The notes below the pieces were generated by a model. That model did no database searches, had not been told where the DNA came from, and saw only the letters and a list, made by a program, of their open reading frames with translations. 64,000 nucleotides of DNA, from NCBI GenBank assembly GCA_958009085.1, contig OY253669.1, forward strand, positions 930,001-994,000, given 5' to 3'. How positions within the stretch are numbered: the first letter of the stretch is position 1; every line of letters starts with the position of its first letter. This stretch comes from Protoeuglena noctilucae (taxonomy: Eukaryota). The position numbers were made by a program, and so were the translations under genes. Of this stretch, positions 23,895 to 35,361 are shown in pieces.

Positions 23895-25170
23895 AGCTGG
23901 CCCAGACGGTGTCGTTCGACACCACCACGCTGTATCGGAGGGCAGGTGGGCGCCGCGCCGGATGCACCAGGGGAAGGGCACGGAGCCGCTAACTACCCCT
24001 CTCGGGGTCACATCGCCCCGAGCCGATCCAATGCCGCTCCCTCTCCTCCGCATCTCCAGTCGCTGGCAGGGGACGAGGAGACCCTCGCAGCCCCAGGCGG
24101 CGGTCACGCGTCGCGGCTGGCACGGTGGACCAGCACTGTGCTCTCCTCCAGGACCACCCAGGGCGTGGACCTCTTGGCCGTCAACCTCATCGTCAGCCTG
24201 GACCACCCCGCCGACTCTGCCACGTGCATACACCGTGTGGGACGCATGGGGCGGCTCAGCAGCAAGGCGAGCAGCTATGCACATTACCAACTCCAGGCCG
24301 GTGGCTGCGAGTGTCCTGCAACGCTGGCAGTGAAGTGAGACCACCGCCCATCCCGTCACCTCCGCGCAGGGCGTGGCCGCGTCCCTCGTCACGCAGGCCG
24401 AGCTCGAGCGCCTGGGAGGTGTCGATGGCGGAGAGTTCCTGCCGCTGCCGGATGCCGTTCCGAGCGATTTTCTGACGAGCCAAGGCCAGGACGGCGACCC
24501 GGCACCCTGGGATCGCAGGGGGGCCGTTTCAGGGGGCTTTGGGACCGGGGGAGGTGACGAGCGAGGCGCCCCGACAGCCGAGGGAGCTGCGTGCGGCCAC
24601 CGCCGGGGTCGGTCCGCCGGGGACCCGCGGGCGACGAGCGCGCTTGACAACGCGGAGGAGCGCGGGGGCCGTCACGTCCCCCGGGAGCTGCGTCGCGGCA
24701 ACTCTCTCCTTAACGACCGGGAGCTGCGGCACGGGAGCGTCATGGAGCGGCTGGTGCAGCGGCTGCAGGAGATCCAGATGGACAACGAGGGGCAGGGCGA
24801 AGGCGCGGGTGGGCAAGGGAGCAAGCAGGGTCGTGAGAAGGGGCACAGGCATGGGCATGAGGCTGTTGGCAAGGACCAGTCAGCCGGGCATGGTAACCAC
24901 GAGGGCACGCTGGGTGCGATGGGTGGGATGGGGGTATGGCCGCCTGTCGCGCCGTTTGGCGGGGTGGGGACTGACAGGCCGGCGGCAGTTTTGGGCGTGC
25001 CGCCTCGTGGCGTCTTTCCTGCTTGGGCACCTCCTGCGTGGGGCCCGTGGGCTGCCATGATGGCCACGTGGGAGTGGGAATGGTACTGGCGGCACCAGTG
25101 GTGGAAGTGGGCGCTGGCGCAGGGGCAGTCGCAGTTACAGCCGCAGTCACGGCGCACGGCAGGCGGGTAG
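23895..25170 (+). pseudogene. 5'-truncated, degenerate DEAD-box helicase C-terminal fragment (DDX20/Gemin3-like)
   Basis: TTQGVDLLAVNLIVSLDHPADSATCIHRVGRMGR resembles helicase motifs V-VI with substitutions, followed by FLPLPDAVP; no room for the DEAD domain before the divergent RPL15 start. Confidence 0.6.
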
Positions 25171-26866
25171 TCGCCGTCCCATTCTTCCCATTGACGATTC
25201 ATTTACCTATGTGTGGCTCTGCGTTCCTAGACCCGGGTGTGTTATCCTTTCAGGGTATCCCGTGGTGAGTAGTATTTTCGAGTCCCCTCCAAGCTAAGTG
25301 AGGTGTAGCGCGAGTAGCGATGATGCCATGTCTATTGTCAGTAGCACAGACAGTATGAGGCGACGTAGCGAAGTAGAGTTAGTTCAGACGCTAGCTTAGA
25401 CGAGGCTTGAAGTGACGCCTCATCTCCTTGTGGTGAGCCCAGGGCCCTTCCTGCAGTGCAGACGCATAGAGTCCCTGGGTGCGCTCGGTGTGTTGCAAGC
25501 AGGCACTGGGGAGAGTGGCCGGCAGGCGGGTCGACCAGTCAGCGTGCTTACCTAACAGCGGAGGTCACAATGGGGGCCAGGATGCCGATTGAGAGGACCG
25601 CGAGGCCGGCGAGATACGCCAGCACGCCTGGCGGCTCCTGCAAGCGGCAGGAGAGTCGGAATGGGCCTCCCTCGCACGAACCATGACATCATTTTCGTAC
25701 TTGCTTTAGAAGCTGGCTCACCGGATGATCCATCGGCGAGCTTTTCTGATGTCCTATGCACAGTGCACGACCCTGGTGCGCGACGGCCCCCGGTTCACCA
25801 CCTATGCAGCCCCACCGATTCAAGTGACAGGAAGCAGCAGGGGAAGAGCAGCAGGGGCAAGAAAGGCGGCGGGTTGCTCATGACTGGCGGGGGTTCTCAC
25901 CCAGAAGAAATCTGGCCTGGCCAGATTTCTCGTTTTCTGCCGCAAGAAAGGGAGCTTCGATTGCGATCTATCGGGATGCCGTGGGGCCTCCCTCTCACTT
26001 GATCGGCTCAGTGCCCCGCCGTGCTGCCCGGCATAGCGAGGAAGACCCTCGCAGTCAAAAACTGAGCTTTTGCCGCTTGTTCTTCGCGTCCCTTCGCACA
26101 AACGGCACCATGGACGTTGCATACGACAGGACTTGACGCGCACACGTGACGGATGGCGCGAGGTGCGAAGTCCTTGCCATCGAGGGTTTTGGGCTCCCGG
26201 TCGTGCGCCCAGGCAGCGAGCGAACACGTTTCTTCGGCGTCCCTGTATCTCCGCAGCAATCGCTAGAGTTCAGGCGGTGCGCAGCGACGAGGATGGTAGA
26301 AGGGCCACGAGGGCAGCGAGGGTCGCCGACCTGGGGGAAAGTGATGTGATGCGGGAGATGCGCGAGGCGCTCGCCGAGAGGTGAGCATGATGATGCGATG
26401 GGACGACTATGCACCCTGCTTCGCGTTATCTGAGCGTGCGTTTGTCGTTCCGGGGTCGCAGCCACTCCACCCACCGCGCGCCCGAGGAGGACCCCTCTCT
26501 GCAACCATCGTCTGAGGAGCAGGCGACGGTGGCCACGGTGGCCAAGTCGACCGAGCTCGAGGGACCGCCCGAACATGCTGCGCAGCGCCAAGGCTGCGGA
26601 CTGTGCCGGCGGCGACGTGCTGCAGTGGCCCCCGAGTGACATGGGCGGACCGTGCACTGCGCTGCTGAGCCGTGCACCCTCTCAGCACCTTGGTTGATTT
26701 CATCCATTCAGTTCGGCCGTTTCCTGCGGTACTGCCTCACGACTAGCACATCACGTTCCAATTACCTCCATCCATCATAGCCTTCCTTCTTGAACATCGT
26801 GGTCTGTCCTAGGGCGGGCGGCGTAAGTGTCAAAGGGCTCGGCGCCGCCCCTGCGGAGCCGGCGCG

Positions 26867-29800
26867 TCACAAGTGGCGAGTGAGGAAGTCAAAGGACGGC
26901 ATGGGCAGGCCGTGGCTGGAGCGCAGCGGCACGGCATCCGCGATGTTGGGCCGCTGCAGGAGGGGCGCGACATCCGAGGGCATCTCCATGGGGAAGCTGG
27001 CCTCCGTGGCCTCCGCGTAGAGAAACGTCTTCTCGTTGGCCATCTGCTTGATCTGGCGCAGGACGCGGGCGTTGACCGTCTGGGTGTTGTAGCTGTCGTC
27101 GTTGTACCGGTTGCAAATCTGAAGCACCTGGGTCATCGACAGGTCCCGGAGGATGTCCCGGACCTCGTCGAACGTCAGCCGTTCCTGCGAGCGCGGAAGG
27201 GGGTCCCGGGGTCTCTCACGTAGCAACCTCGACGCCCCACGCTCCCTTGCAAGACAAAAGCCCAACGGACAGATCTGCCAAGGTACGGCGGCTGCATAGG
27301 AGACAGAGTATAACAGGGAGCGCGGCGACGCGCCTTGTTGGCCGTGTTGAGGAACTGGGCGCTTTGGGTGATGTAGTTGAGCCCGTCCGTCTCGTACCCG
27401 GACCTCAGCAGCCACGACTCCACGTGGTTGAGGCCCTCGTGGAACCGCTGCCCGCTCGCGAACGAGCACAGCTCCTTGCGGATCAGCATCGCGTTGAAGA
27501 GCTCCCGACCCACGAACGCCACCAGGCCGTGCATGATGGTGACGCGCAGGCGGTCTGGCAACCTGCGGCGACAGTCGAGACGAGACGATGGGCGCTGTAC
27601 CCGCATCCACCGCCCACGAGCGGGGCAAGAGACGTTTGTGTGGCGCTATCCCACAGGGCAGCTGCGTCCACGCCCGTTGCAAGCGTCCACATATAATCAA
27701 CAAAGCCCCTCTCGCAAAACTCACCTGCCCTCCTGCATGCCTGCCTGGGCACGCTCGAGGACCTCCGTGATCTGCACGTAGGGCAGATTGCCCTTCCCCT
27801 CCACGTTGACGTGGGAGGTGGCAATCCGATGCGTGATGGTGTGCAGCTCCGCCTTCCCAAGCTCCTGCGGGACCGGAGAGCAACGCGGGGACACCAGTCA
27901 GGCCCAAAGCAACGTCCGCGACGCGTGGGCAATTGAGAAGCGGCTTGGACAGCGCAGCATGCCAAGCTCTGGCGTGCATAGGACGTCGGCCATGCGCACG
28001 CTTAGCCCTCGCCTTGATCTGGTTCCACGCCCCGAAAATGAAGTTGAAGAGGTTCTGCTTGAAGTGCAGCGTGTTGAGCTTGGCGAGCGCCTGCACGATG
28101 GGGCCGTTCTGGGCGCCGGTGCCGTCCACCGGCGCCGGGAGGGCGCGGATGGCGCTCTTGGCCGGCGTCGTCGTGACTTGGCTCCAGGCCTTGCGGATGC
28201 GGCTGAAGCTCGCGGCGATGCCGCCGCCGAACATCCCACGGTTGGGGCTCGTCGGCACCTCCGGGGCGTGGTCCGTTTCTGACACCGTGTGGGCGTTGAG
28301 CAGGCTCAGCATGGCTGCGGGCGGGTGAGCCGAGGACGTCAGTGGGGCGCTGGTGGAACTACGGAGAGAGTAACAAATTAATTAACTGCGGAGGGCGAGC
28401 GCGGCGGCGAGACGGGGCGCCAAGAGCGGGGAGGTTGGGCAAGACGGGACGGCAAGAGCGGGGAGCTTGGGCGATTGTATGGTGGGGTGACGGGCGACGC
28501 ACGCGGCAGTGTCATGCATCGCAAGAGGCCGTCACCTGTGGCCCAAGTCGCCCAGTAGCTGACGTGCTTGACCTGCAGGAACAGGTCTCCCTGCGGGACG
28601 CGCGCCATCTCGTCCTGCAGGGCGACCTGCACGGCCTCGAGGATCCGAGGGAAGAAGGGCGCGGAGTCGATGTCGAAAACACGCAGGTGGAGGGCCGTGC
28701 GCAGGACCACCAGGGTCGACAGCGGCGCGCCAGACTTCGCCACCAACGACCGGTCTCGGACCACGAAGGCCACCACGTGCGATAACAGCTCGTCGTCCGA
28801 CTGCGACCACCCCTGGGGCCGCGCCCCCGCCGCCGCCCCGCTGCCCAGCCGCGCCAGCGCCCCGTCGACCTCCATGGACGCCGCCACGGACCCCATTCCC
28901 GACTGGGACGCCAGGACCTGGACCCTCTGGTGCAGGTCGGCGTTCTCCTGGGCCACGCGCTGCGCCTCGTCCCGCGCCAGGCGCAGCTGCTCCCGCGCGT
29001 CGTCCCGCTCCTTCTGATACCAGACTGCGCGAACGGAGTCGCGGGGGCCGTGGACGGCGAACCGAGAGGCCCGCGTGCAAAAGCGAACAGACATTCCGCA
29101 GGTGCCGCTCACTCATGCGCTCCTTGTGCTCCGCGTCCTTGCGCCGCAGCGCGTCCAGGTCCGCCTCTGCCTGCTCCAGCTGCGCCCGGACAGCGTCCAC
29201 GTCCGCCCGTGCCCTCGCCACCTCGGCCTCCAGGGCCTGGCGCCCCTGGCTCGACGCCTCCAGCGCTGCCTCCAGCTCCCCCGCGCGCGCGAGCATCTGG
29301 CCCCGCGCCGCCGCCACCTCGCTCCGGAGCGCGTCGGCCTCCGACCTGCGGGCGGGCCACACAGGCACGGTCACTCATCGGCCAACACCACGCTGTCATC
29401 GCAGGCACTGCGACCCCAAGCCCGTCACCTGTGCGCCCCGGACGCCTGCTCCCTGGCTGCCTGCTCCTCGCGCAGCCGCCGCTTGAGCTCGTCGCGCTGG
29501 GCCACGACGGCCTCGAGCGTGGCCCGGGTCTCGGTGAGCGCCGTCTCCAAATTGGCCTTGTCCTGGAGCAGGCGGGAGGACTCGCGGGCCTCCACGCGCA
29601 GGCGGCGGAGCTCCTTGCGGGCCAGGCACCCCCGGACGGCCGACTGGACCGCCACGATGGCGGCCGTGTGCCGGCGCTGGGCGTTGAGGCGCGTGCGCTC
29701 GGAGAGGTACGCCACCCGGTCGCGGTGCATGCGGAAGGCCGACTGGATGGCCACCGCGGCGCGGCGGGCGCGGGCCAGGGACCGGACGGCCAGGTACATG

Positions 29801-32800
29801 CGGGCGCAGCTCTGGAGGAGCACGGCGGCCCGCTCTTTCCGCAGGCGCGTCGCCAGGCGCTGGGCCGCGGCCCGCCGCGCGTAGCTCTGGAGCAGCACGG
29901 TTGCGCCGCGGAGCTCCAGGAAGCGGCGGCGGCAGTGCAGGCGCGCCAGGTGAGCGCGGACCCGGACCTGAGGGCACACGCGGCAGATTGCATGACATGA
30001 TTATGACATAGGCGGGAGATGCATGCACCAGCGACTCAAAGACTCGCATCGGGTCTAAAGACAGCGCGCGCCTACGCGTTGTCTTCGCCTTCTGCGCGCG
30101 GTGGAGGCCCCCAGGCGTGCGCGCGTGCCGCACGCGCCCCCGCACCTGAATGGCCCGCGCGGCAACGTCCAAGGCCATCGCCCTCGCGCGCTCGAGCTTG
30201 GCGCGCTCCCCGGCGCGCAAGAAGACCTTCGTCCGCCCCATCTGGTAGTCCTCCACGCCGCAGTGCCGCAGCACCGCCTCCACCAGCTCCCGCGTCGGGG
30301 CGCCCCCGTGCCGCACGGAAGGCACCACGTGCCAGAAACGGCCCGCGAACTCCTCGACCGACAGGCGCGAGGGGTACCCCGCGCAGCTGATGCGGACGGC
30401 CTCCAGGACCCCCCCGCACCGCAGCTGCTGCAGGACCTGCGGGGCCTCGAAAGCGCCAGAAACGCCGGCGGCGTTGGGCTTGATGCACCGCACGTAGTGG
30501 GGCTGCATGGCCGACAGCGCCGCCATGAGGTCCGCCAGCTGCTTCTGGAAGCGGCTGCACACGGAGGTGAACTTGGTCGTGGGCCCTGCGGCGCTGCGCC
30601 CGGGCGCCGCCCCCAGCCCCTCCACCTCCTCCGGCGTCAGCAGCGCCTTGACGAAGGCGTCCTCGCACTGCGCCAGCATCTCCGTGTGTTCCCGCACGAC
30701 CTGGTCCGAGTTCTTCTCCAGAAAGTTGTCGGTGCTGTACATCACGTCACCCGCGTAGTGCGCGATCGTGAAGCCCCGGCGGTCCAGGCGCGGCACGGAG
30801 AAGCGCGCCGCCGCGCGGCCGTCACCCTTCGCGGCCGGGGCGCCGGCCAGCCTGTCCCGAACGTCCTCCGGGGTGGCCTGGGTCCCCAGGCGGCAGGCCT
30901 CGTCCAGGAGCGGGATCAGCCCTCCCTTGCCCTCGATCAGGTCCAGGACGTCCTGGTTGTCCACGAAATCGATGTAGGACCACTGGATGCCGTCGCGCGC
31001 GTACTCCGCCTGCTCCGTCTTGAACACGTGGGTGTTGAAGTGCTGCTGCAGCTTCTCGTTGGCGAGGTTGATGCAGAACTGCTCCAGGTCGTTGCGGGCG
31101 AAGTGCTCGAATCCGTAAATGTCGAGGACCCCAATCACCGCGTCAGCTGTCGGGTCCTGGCCGATGGACTCATTGATGCGCGACACGAGCCACGTGAAGA
31201 GCCGGGAGTAGAGCGTCTGCACGTGGAGGGAGGGGCACAGGGTGTGCGGGCTGGGGCGACAGGGTCGCAGGCGAGCCGTGCTGGCTGCAGCGGGGTCGGC
31301 ATCGCAAGCACACCGATGGTTGCAGTGAGGGCCGGCAGTGCCAGGCGGGCCGCTGACCTTGGCCAGGGCATCCCTGCTGGCCGCCGCGTCGGTGGGCTTG
31401 ATGGGGCTGACGATCTTCTGCCCTGCCGCGAACCGCGTCTTGGTGGTCAGCGCGTGCACCAGGCCCGCCACCGTCGACCCCAGGAGCTGGGCGACGATTT
31501 CGACGCTCTTGTTGGACGCCGCTGCAGAGAGAGACAGAAACGAGACCAGGGTTACACTGTGCTGTGCACATACCGTCCTCCCAAGGCCCTCCCTTGCCCC
31601 GCCAGCACAGCACCGCTACCCCTGCCGCCCCACCGCAGCCGCGGCAGTCACCCGTGGGCGCGCTCGAGTCCGGCGCGGGCCCCTCCTCGAACTCGATGTC
31701 CCCCAGGTGCAGCACGGCCGCCACCACGCGCATGGCCGCGTCCTGGTCGGACTCGGGTATGCCCACGGCCGTCATGTGCTCGCGGGTGCAGGCGTACTCC
31801 TCGGCGTTGGAGACGCCGCGGAGCTCGTGGACGGAGGAGCGCGCGAGGGTGCGGAACTCCCGGGAAGGCTTGAGGTGCAGCCGCGACCGCTCCTCCGCTG
31901 ACGCGCCCTCGCAGAGCTGGTAGAAGATGTGGTAGGACCGCTCCGGGTCGTTGATGCCCGTGACGCGGGAGCGCTCCAGGAGATACGTGCGGATGGCCGC
32001 GCCGACGATGTGACCGTCCCTGGGGGCACGTCAAAACACGCACCGCTCGGCACACGCACTCACACCACTCACCCTCAACCGGAGCGGTTGTGTCTTAGTC
32101 GCGCGCTAAGCCCGCGACACTCACTTGAACTGCACCTCCATGAACTTCCCGAACCGAGAGGAGTTGTCGTTGCGCACCGTGCGCGCGTTGCCAAAACTCT
32201 CCAAGAGCGGGCTGCTCTCGAGGACACGCTCCTCGACGCCGGACACCACGGGCCGGACATCGCTGCCCATGCTCGTGAGCCGGCGCGAGACGGACAGGCT
32301 GTTGTTGAGGCTCGGGGGCTGGCTGGGTGCCGAGGACCGCTGGGCGAGGTAGGCCAGGTAGTGCATGATGATCTTGCTGGTCTCCGTCTTGCCCGCGCCC
32401 GACTCCCCGGAGATGAGGATCGACTGCGATAAGCCCGTCGTCCGCATCTGGCGGTACGCCTCGTCCGCAATCGCGTACGCGTGCGGGGACCGGTCGTCCA
32501 CGTCCTCAAGACCTGGGAGACGCCACGGGCAGGGTCGGTTCCGGCAAAGGGCGCGTGCGGTAACGAGGCCGACGTGCAGCGCGGGGCTCACAGGCGTACT
32601 GCTCCATCATCATGTCTCCGTAAAGGTGGGGCAAGTCGCGGAAGGGATTGAGCGCGATGAGGATGCTGCCCGTGTACGTGTAGATCTCGTCCACCTGCGC
32701 AGAGGGCGGCGCGTGGGGATGTCCAGGGCGCAGGAGGCGCAAAGGAGCGGCTGCGAGGGCGCTGCAGCGAGGCAACACCGATGCGCAAGGGCGGGCGGGT

Positions 32801-33455
32801 GCGGTCGCAAATGCTGCGGCAAGGGAGGGTTCCCAAGGCACAGTCCGGATGCCGCTGCCTCGCCTGGTACCGCAGGTCGAGGTTGTTGAGGACCGCGGGC
32901 TCGCTGAGGAAGGAGAGCTTGGTCATGTCCTGCGGCGAGCGTATCAAGAGCGCGTCCTCGACGCATCTCCGCCCGGTGAGGCGGAGGGCACATCGCAGCC
33001 TATGCATCATTCGCTGGAGCAAGCGCAGCGAGGAGCGCGCGAGGGCGCGGCCGCGCGGGATCCTTGTTGCCGACGAGACGCTACGTGCGCAAGCGCACAA
33101 GCGCTCCCTCCCGGGCCGCGCGGGCCGCAGGCGGCTCCCGATGGAATGCCCTGTCGACGGGTGTGGCGGCCGCGCCAAGAGAAGCTCCCGCGCGCCCGCC
33201 CAGGCGCAGCACTTCAGCGCTGCCCAGCTGGCGAGCGCGCTGTTCGTAATCTGCGCGGGAAGCGCTCACCTCGACGTGGGCGCGCTCATTGGGCTCCCGT
33301 AAGTGGACGCTCCCGGGCGCCACGTCGATCTCCCCACCCCCCACGACGGCAACCCGCAGCGGGTCGAGGGACACGACTGTCGCCTTCTGCCACGCGTCCG
33401 CCGAGGGGGCCCAGACCTTGGCCCCCACATGCAGACGCTGGGCATCAGGAGACAT
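26867..33455 (-). CDS. Class XI-type myosin (SH3-like N-terminus, motor, about 5 IQ motifs, coiled coil, DIL domain), multi-exon
   Basis: [18 protein letters not shown]-loop [40 protein letters not shown] repeats at 29600-29970, DIL-like [15 protein letters not shown]...[16 protein letters not shown]. Confidence 0.95.
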
Positions 33456-33828
33456 GGCAGTTACTCTAGGACGAGCCGGGTCACGGCTTCAGTCGCATCG
33501 GGGCGGGGACCCAGTTATTGTGGGCAGAACCGCGGTCGACACGCCGCGCGATGGCCCGTGCAGACTTAGTTGTCGCTTTCAAAAAGCGCTGTTGTCCTCA
33601 ACTGATCTGTCGAGCGTGCGAGTCGCCGATTCGGCAGGGCCCGGGGGGACCCTGCCAGCGGCCACGCGTTTTCGGGGAATGGTGAACGCTTGCGGGGTGG
33701 CCACGCCTCGCACGTATCGTCGCGGCCACGTGCTATTCACGGCCGCTGCCGGAGGCCCTATTCTGCTTTCGCTGGCCTCGTTTCCGTGCGGAAGATGGGT
33801 GCCCAAGCGTGCCAGCGCACCAGCAACG

Positions 33829-35049
33829 ATGGTCGCCACGCGCGCTCGCAACTATGACGAGGTCGATACGAGCAAGCCTCCGGACGTGATGAGCGGAGAT
33901 AACGTGCTCTATACTCCCCGCGGGAGCACGCCAAAGGCCCGCCCCCGTCGGCGCCCGGCCAACCGGGGCGCCGCCTCAAAGGATGCGCCCAACCTCGCGC
34001 GGACAGCACCTCCAAATCTTGGCCGGGGTCCCAGGAGGAAGGAGGCTGTCCATGACGCGCCAAGCCTTAGCAGTGGGGACCAGCGCAACGAAGGATCCTG
34101 GGTCGCCGCGCCGGTGCTTCTGGTCGTCGCGGTGTGCGTGGTCCTGGTGATAATTGCACTCTTTATGTGGCGCCCTGGTCTGTCGTGGCACGGGGCCGGC
34201 AGTTGCGCCGACCGCTTCGACACCGCGGCGCTCGACGGGACCGTGCTTGGCCGGCAGGCGTCCCTCCTCGGCCTGGACCTCGCCCGCCAGCAGGGACGCA
34301 AAAGTACGGCGCAAGATGCTTTCACGCTGCTCGTGTCGGGCCGGGCGGACGCCGTGGCCCAAGCGGAGGAGGCTTTGAAGGTGTGCTGCGTGGGGACCAT
34401 GCTGGATGGTGTCTCCGGGAGCCAAGCCCTTGTTATGCATGGCAGTCCCTTCTTTTGCGCAGGGCGGGCTGCGGCACTGCAGCGCGGAGTGCGTTCTGAC
34501 GCTGGAGGGCACGGCTTTCGCGGAGGTGGGTGTGGGGAGTGAGTGGGGAGGCCTGCATCCGTATGCACATGCATCCGCATGCCGTTGCTGGACGACGGTG
34601 GGTGACTTGTGCGCGCAGGGTGACCCCGACGAGTTGGCAGCGCGGGGGCAGCTGGCCTTGGTGCAGCTGCTGCAGCGCTGCCCCACGGCGGCGGTCTTCG
34701 TGCGTGACGTAGACAGGGCGCACCGCGCCGTCCTGACGGGCCCGCTGCTGACGCTGACGAGCGAGAGCGGGTCTTTCATGCACATGGGGAAGACGGTCCC
34801 TGCGACAGGGAGCCTCGTCGTGCTGACCATGGGTGGAGAGGACGCGCCCCAGACGGAGAGGCAAGAGCTGCGGCTCCGGAAGAGAGCACAGGTGGATGTG
34901 GACACCTCGCAGCGCACTGCTCATCTCTTCCAAGCTCCGACCTGTGCAGGGAGGCCAAGGCGCGGCTGATGAAGGCTGCGCAAGGAGCCCCCGAGGGGAA
35001 GCAGCGCGCGCTGACGAGGAGGGTGGATTACTTCATCTACGCTGCATAG
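33829..35049 (+). CDS. Single-pass membrane protein with degenerate torsin/LAP1-like AAA+ domain
   Basis: Basic disordered N-terminus, TM WVAAPVLLVVAVCVVLVIIALFMW, then FTLLVSG...LQRCPTAAVFVRDVDR...GSLVVLTMG...RALTRRVDYFIYAA*; last exon assumes a GC donor at 34861. Confidence 0.6.
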
Positions 35050-35361
35050 CACAGGCAGTCATTTCTCTCGATTGATACGGCCGGGATCCAGTTGTCTTAG
35101 CCGCGCAAGTCTGGCGTGTTTTCTCGCAGCCGTGTCGTGCTCATTCGCAGGCCCCATGCGTCCTGCGTGCAATTGGTCAGTAGGGGTTGTTGGTCATTGC
35201 GGACCGAACAACCCAAACCTTAGAAAGGCTTTCTGGGCTCTGAAGAGCTGCATGAAAGTCCCCCTGCGTTTTCAATGGCACTGCGCTCGCCGATGGCCAT
35301 GCGCTGACCTGAGCATGGCTCTGGTCTTCGTGAGAAAGGCTCTCTGACCTTCAGGGGCGAG

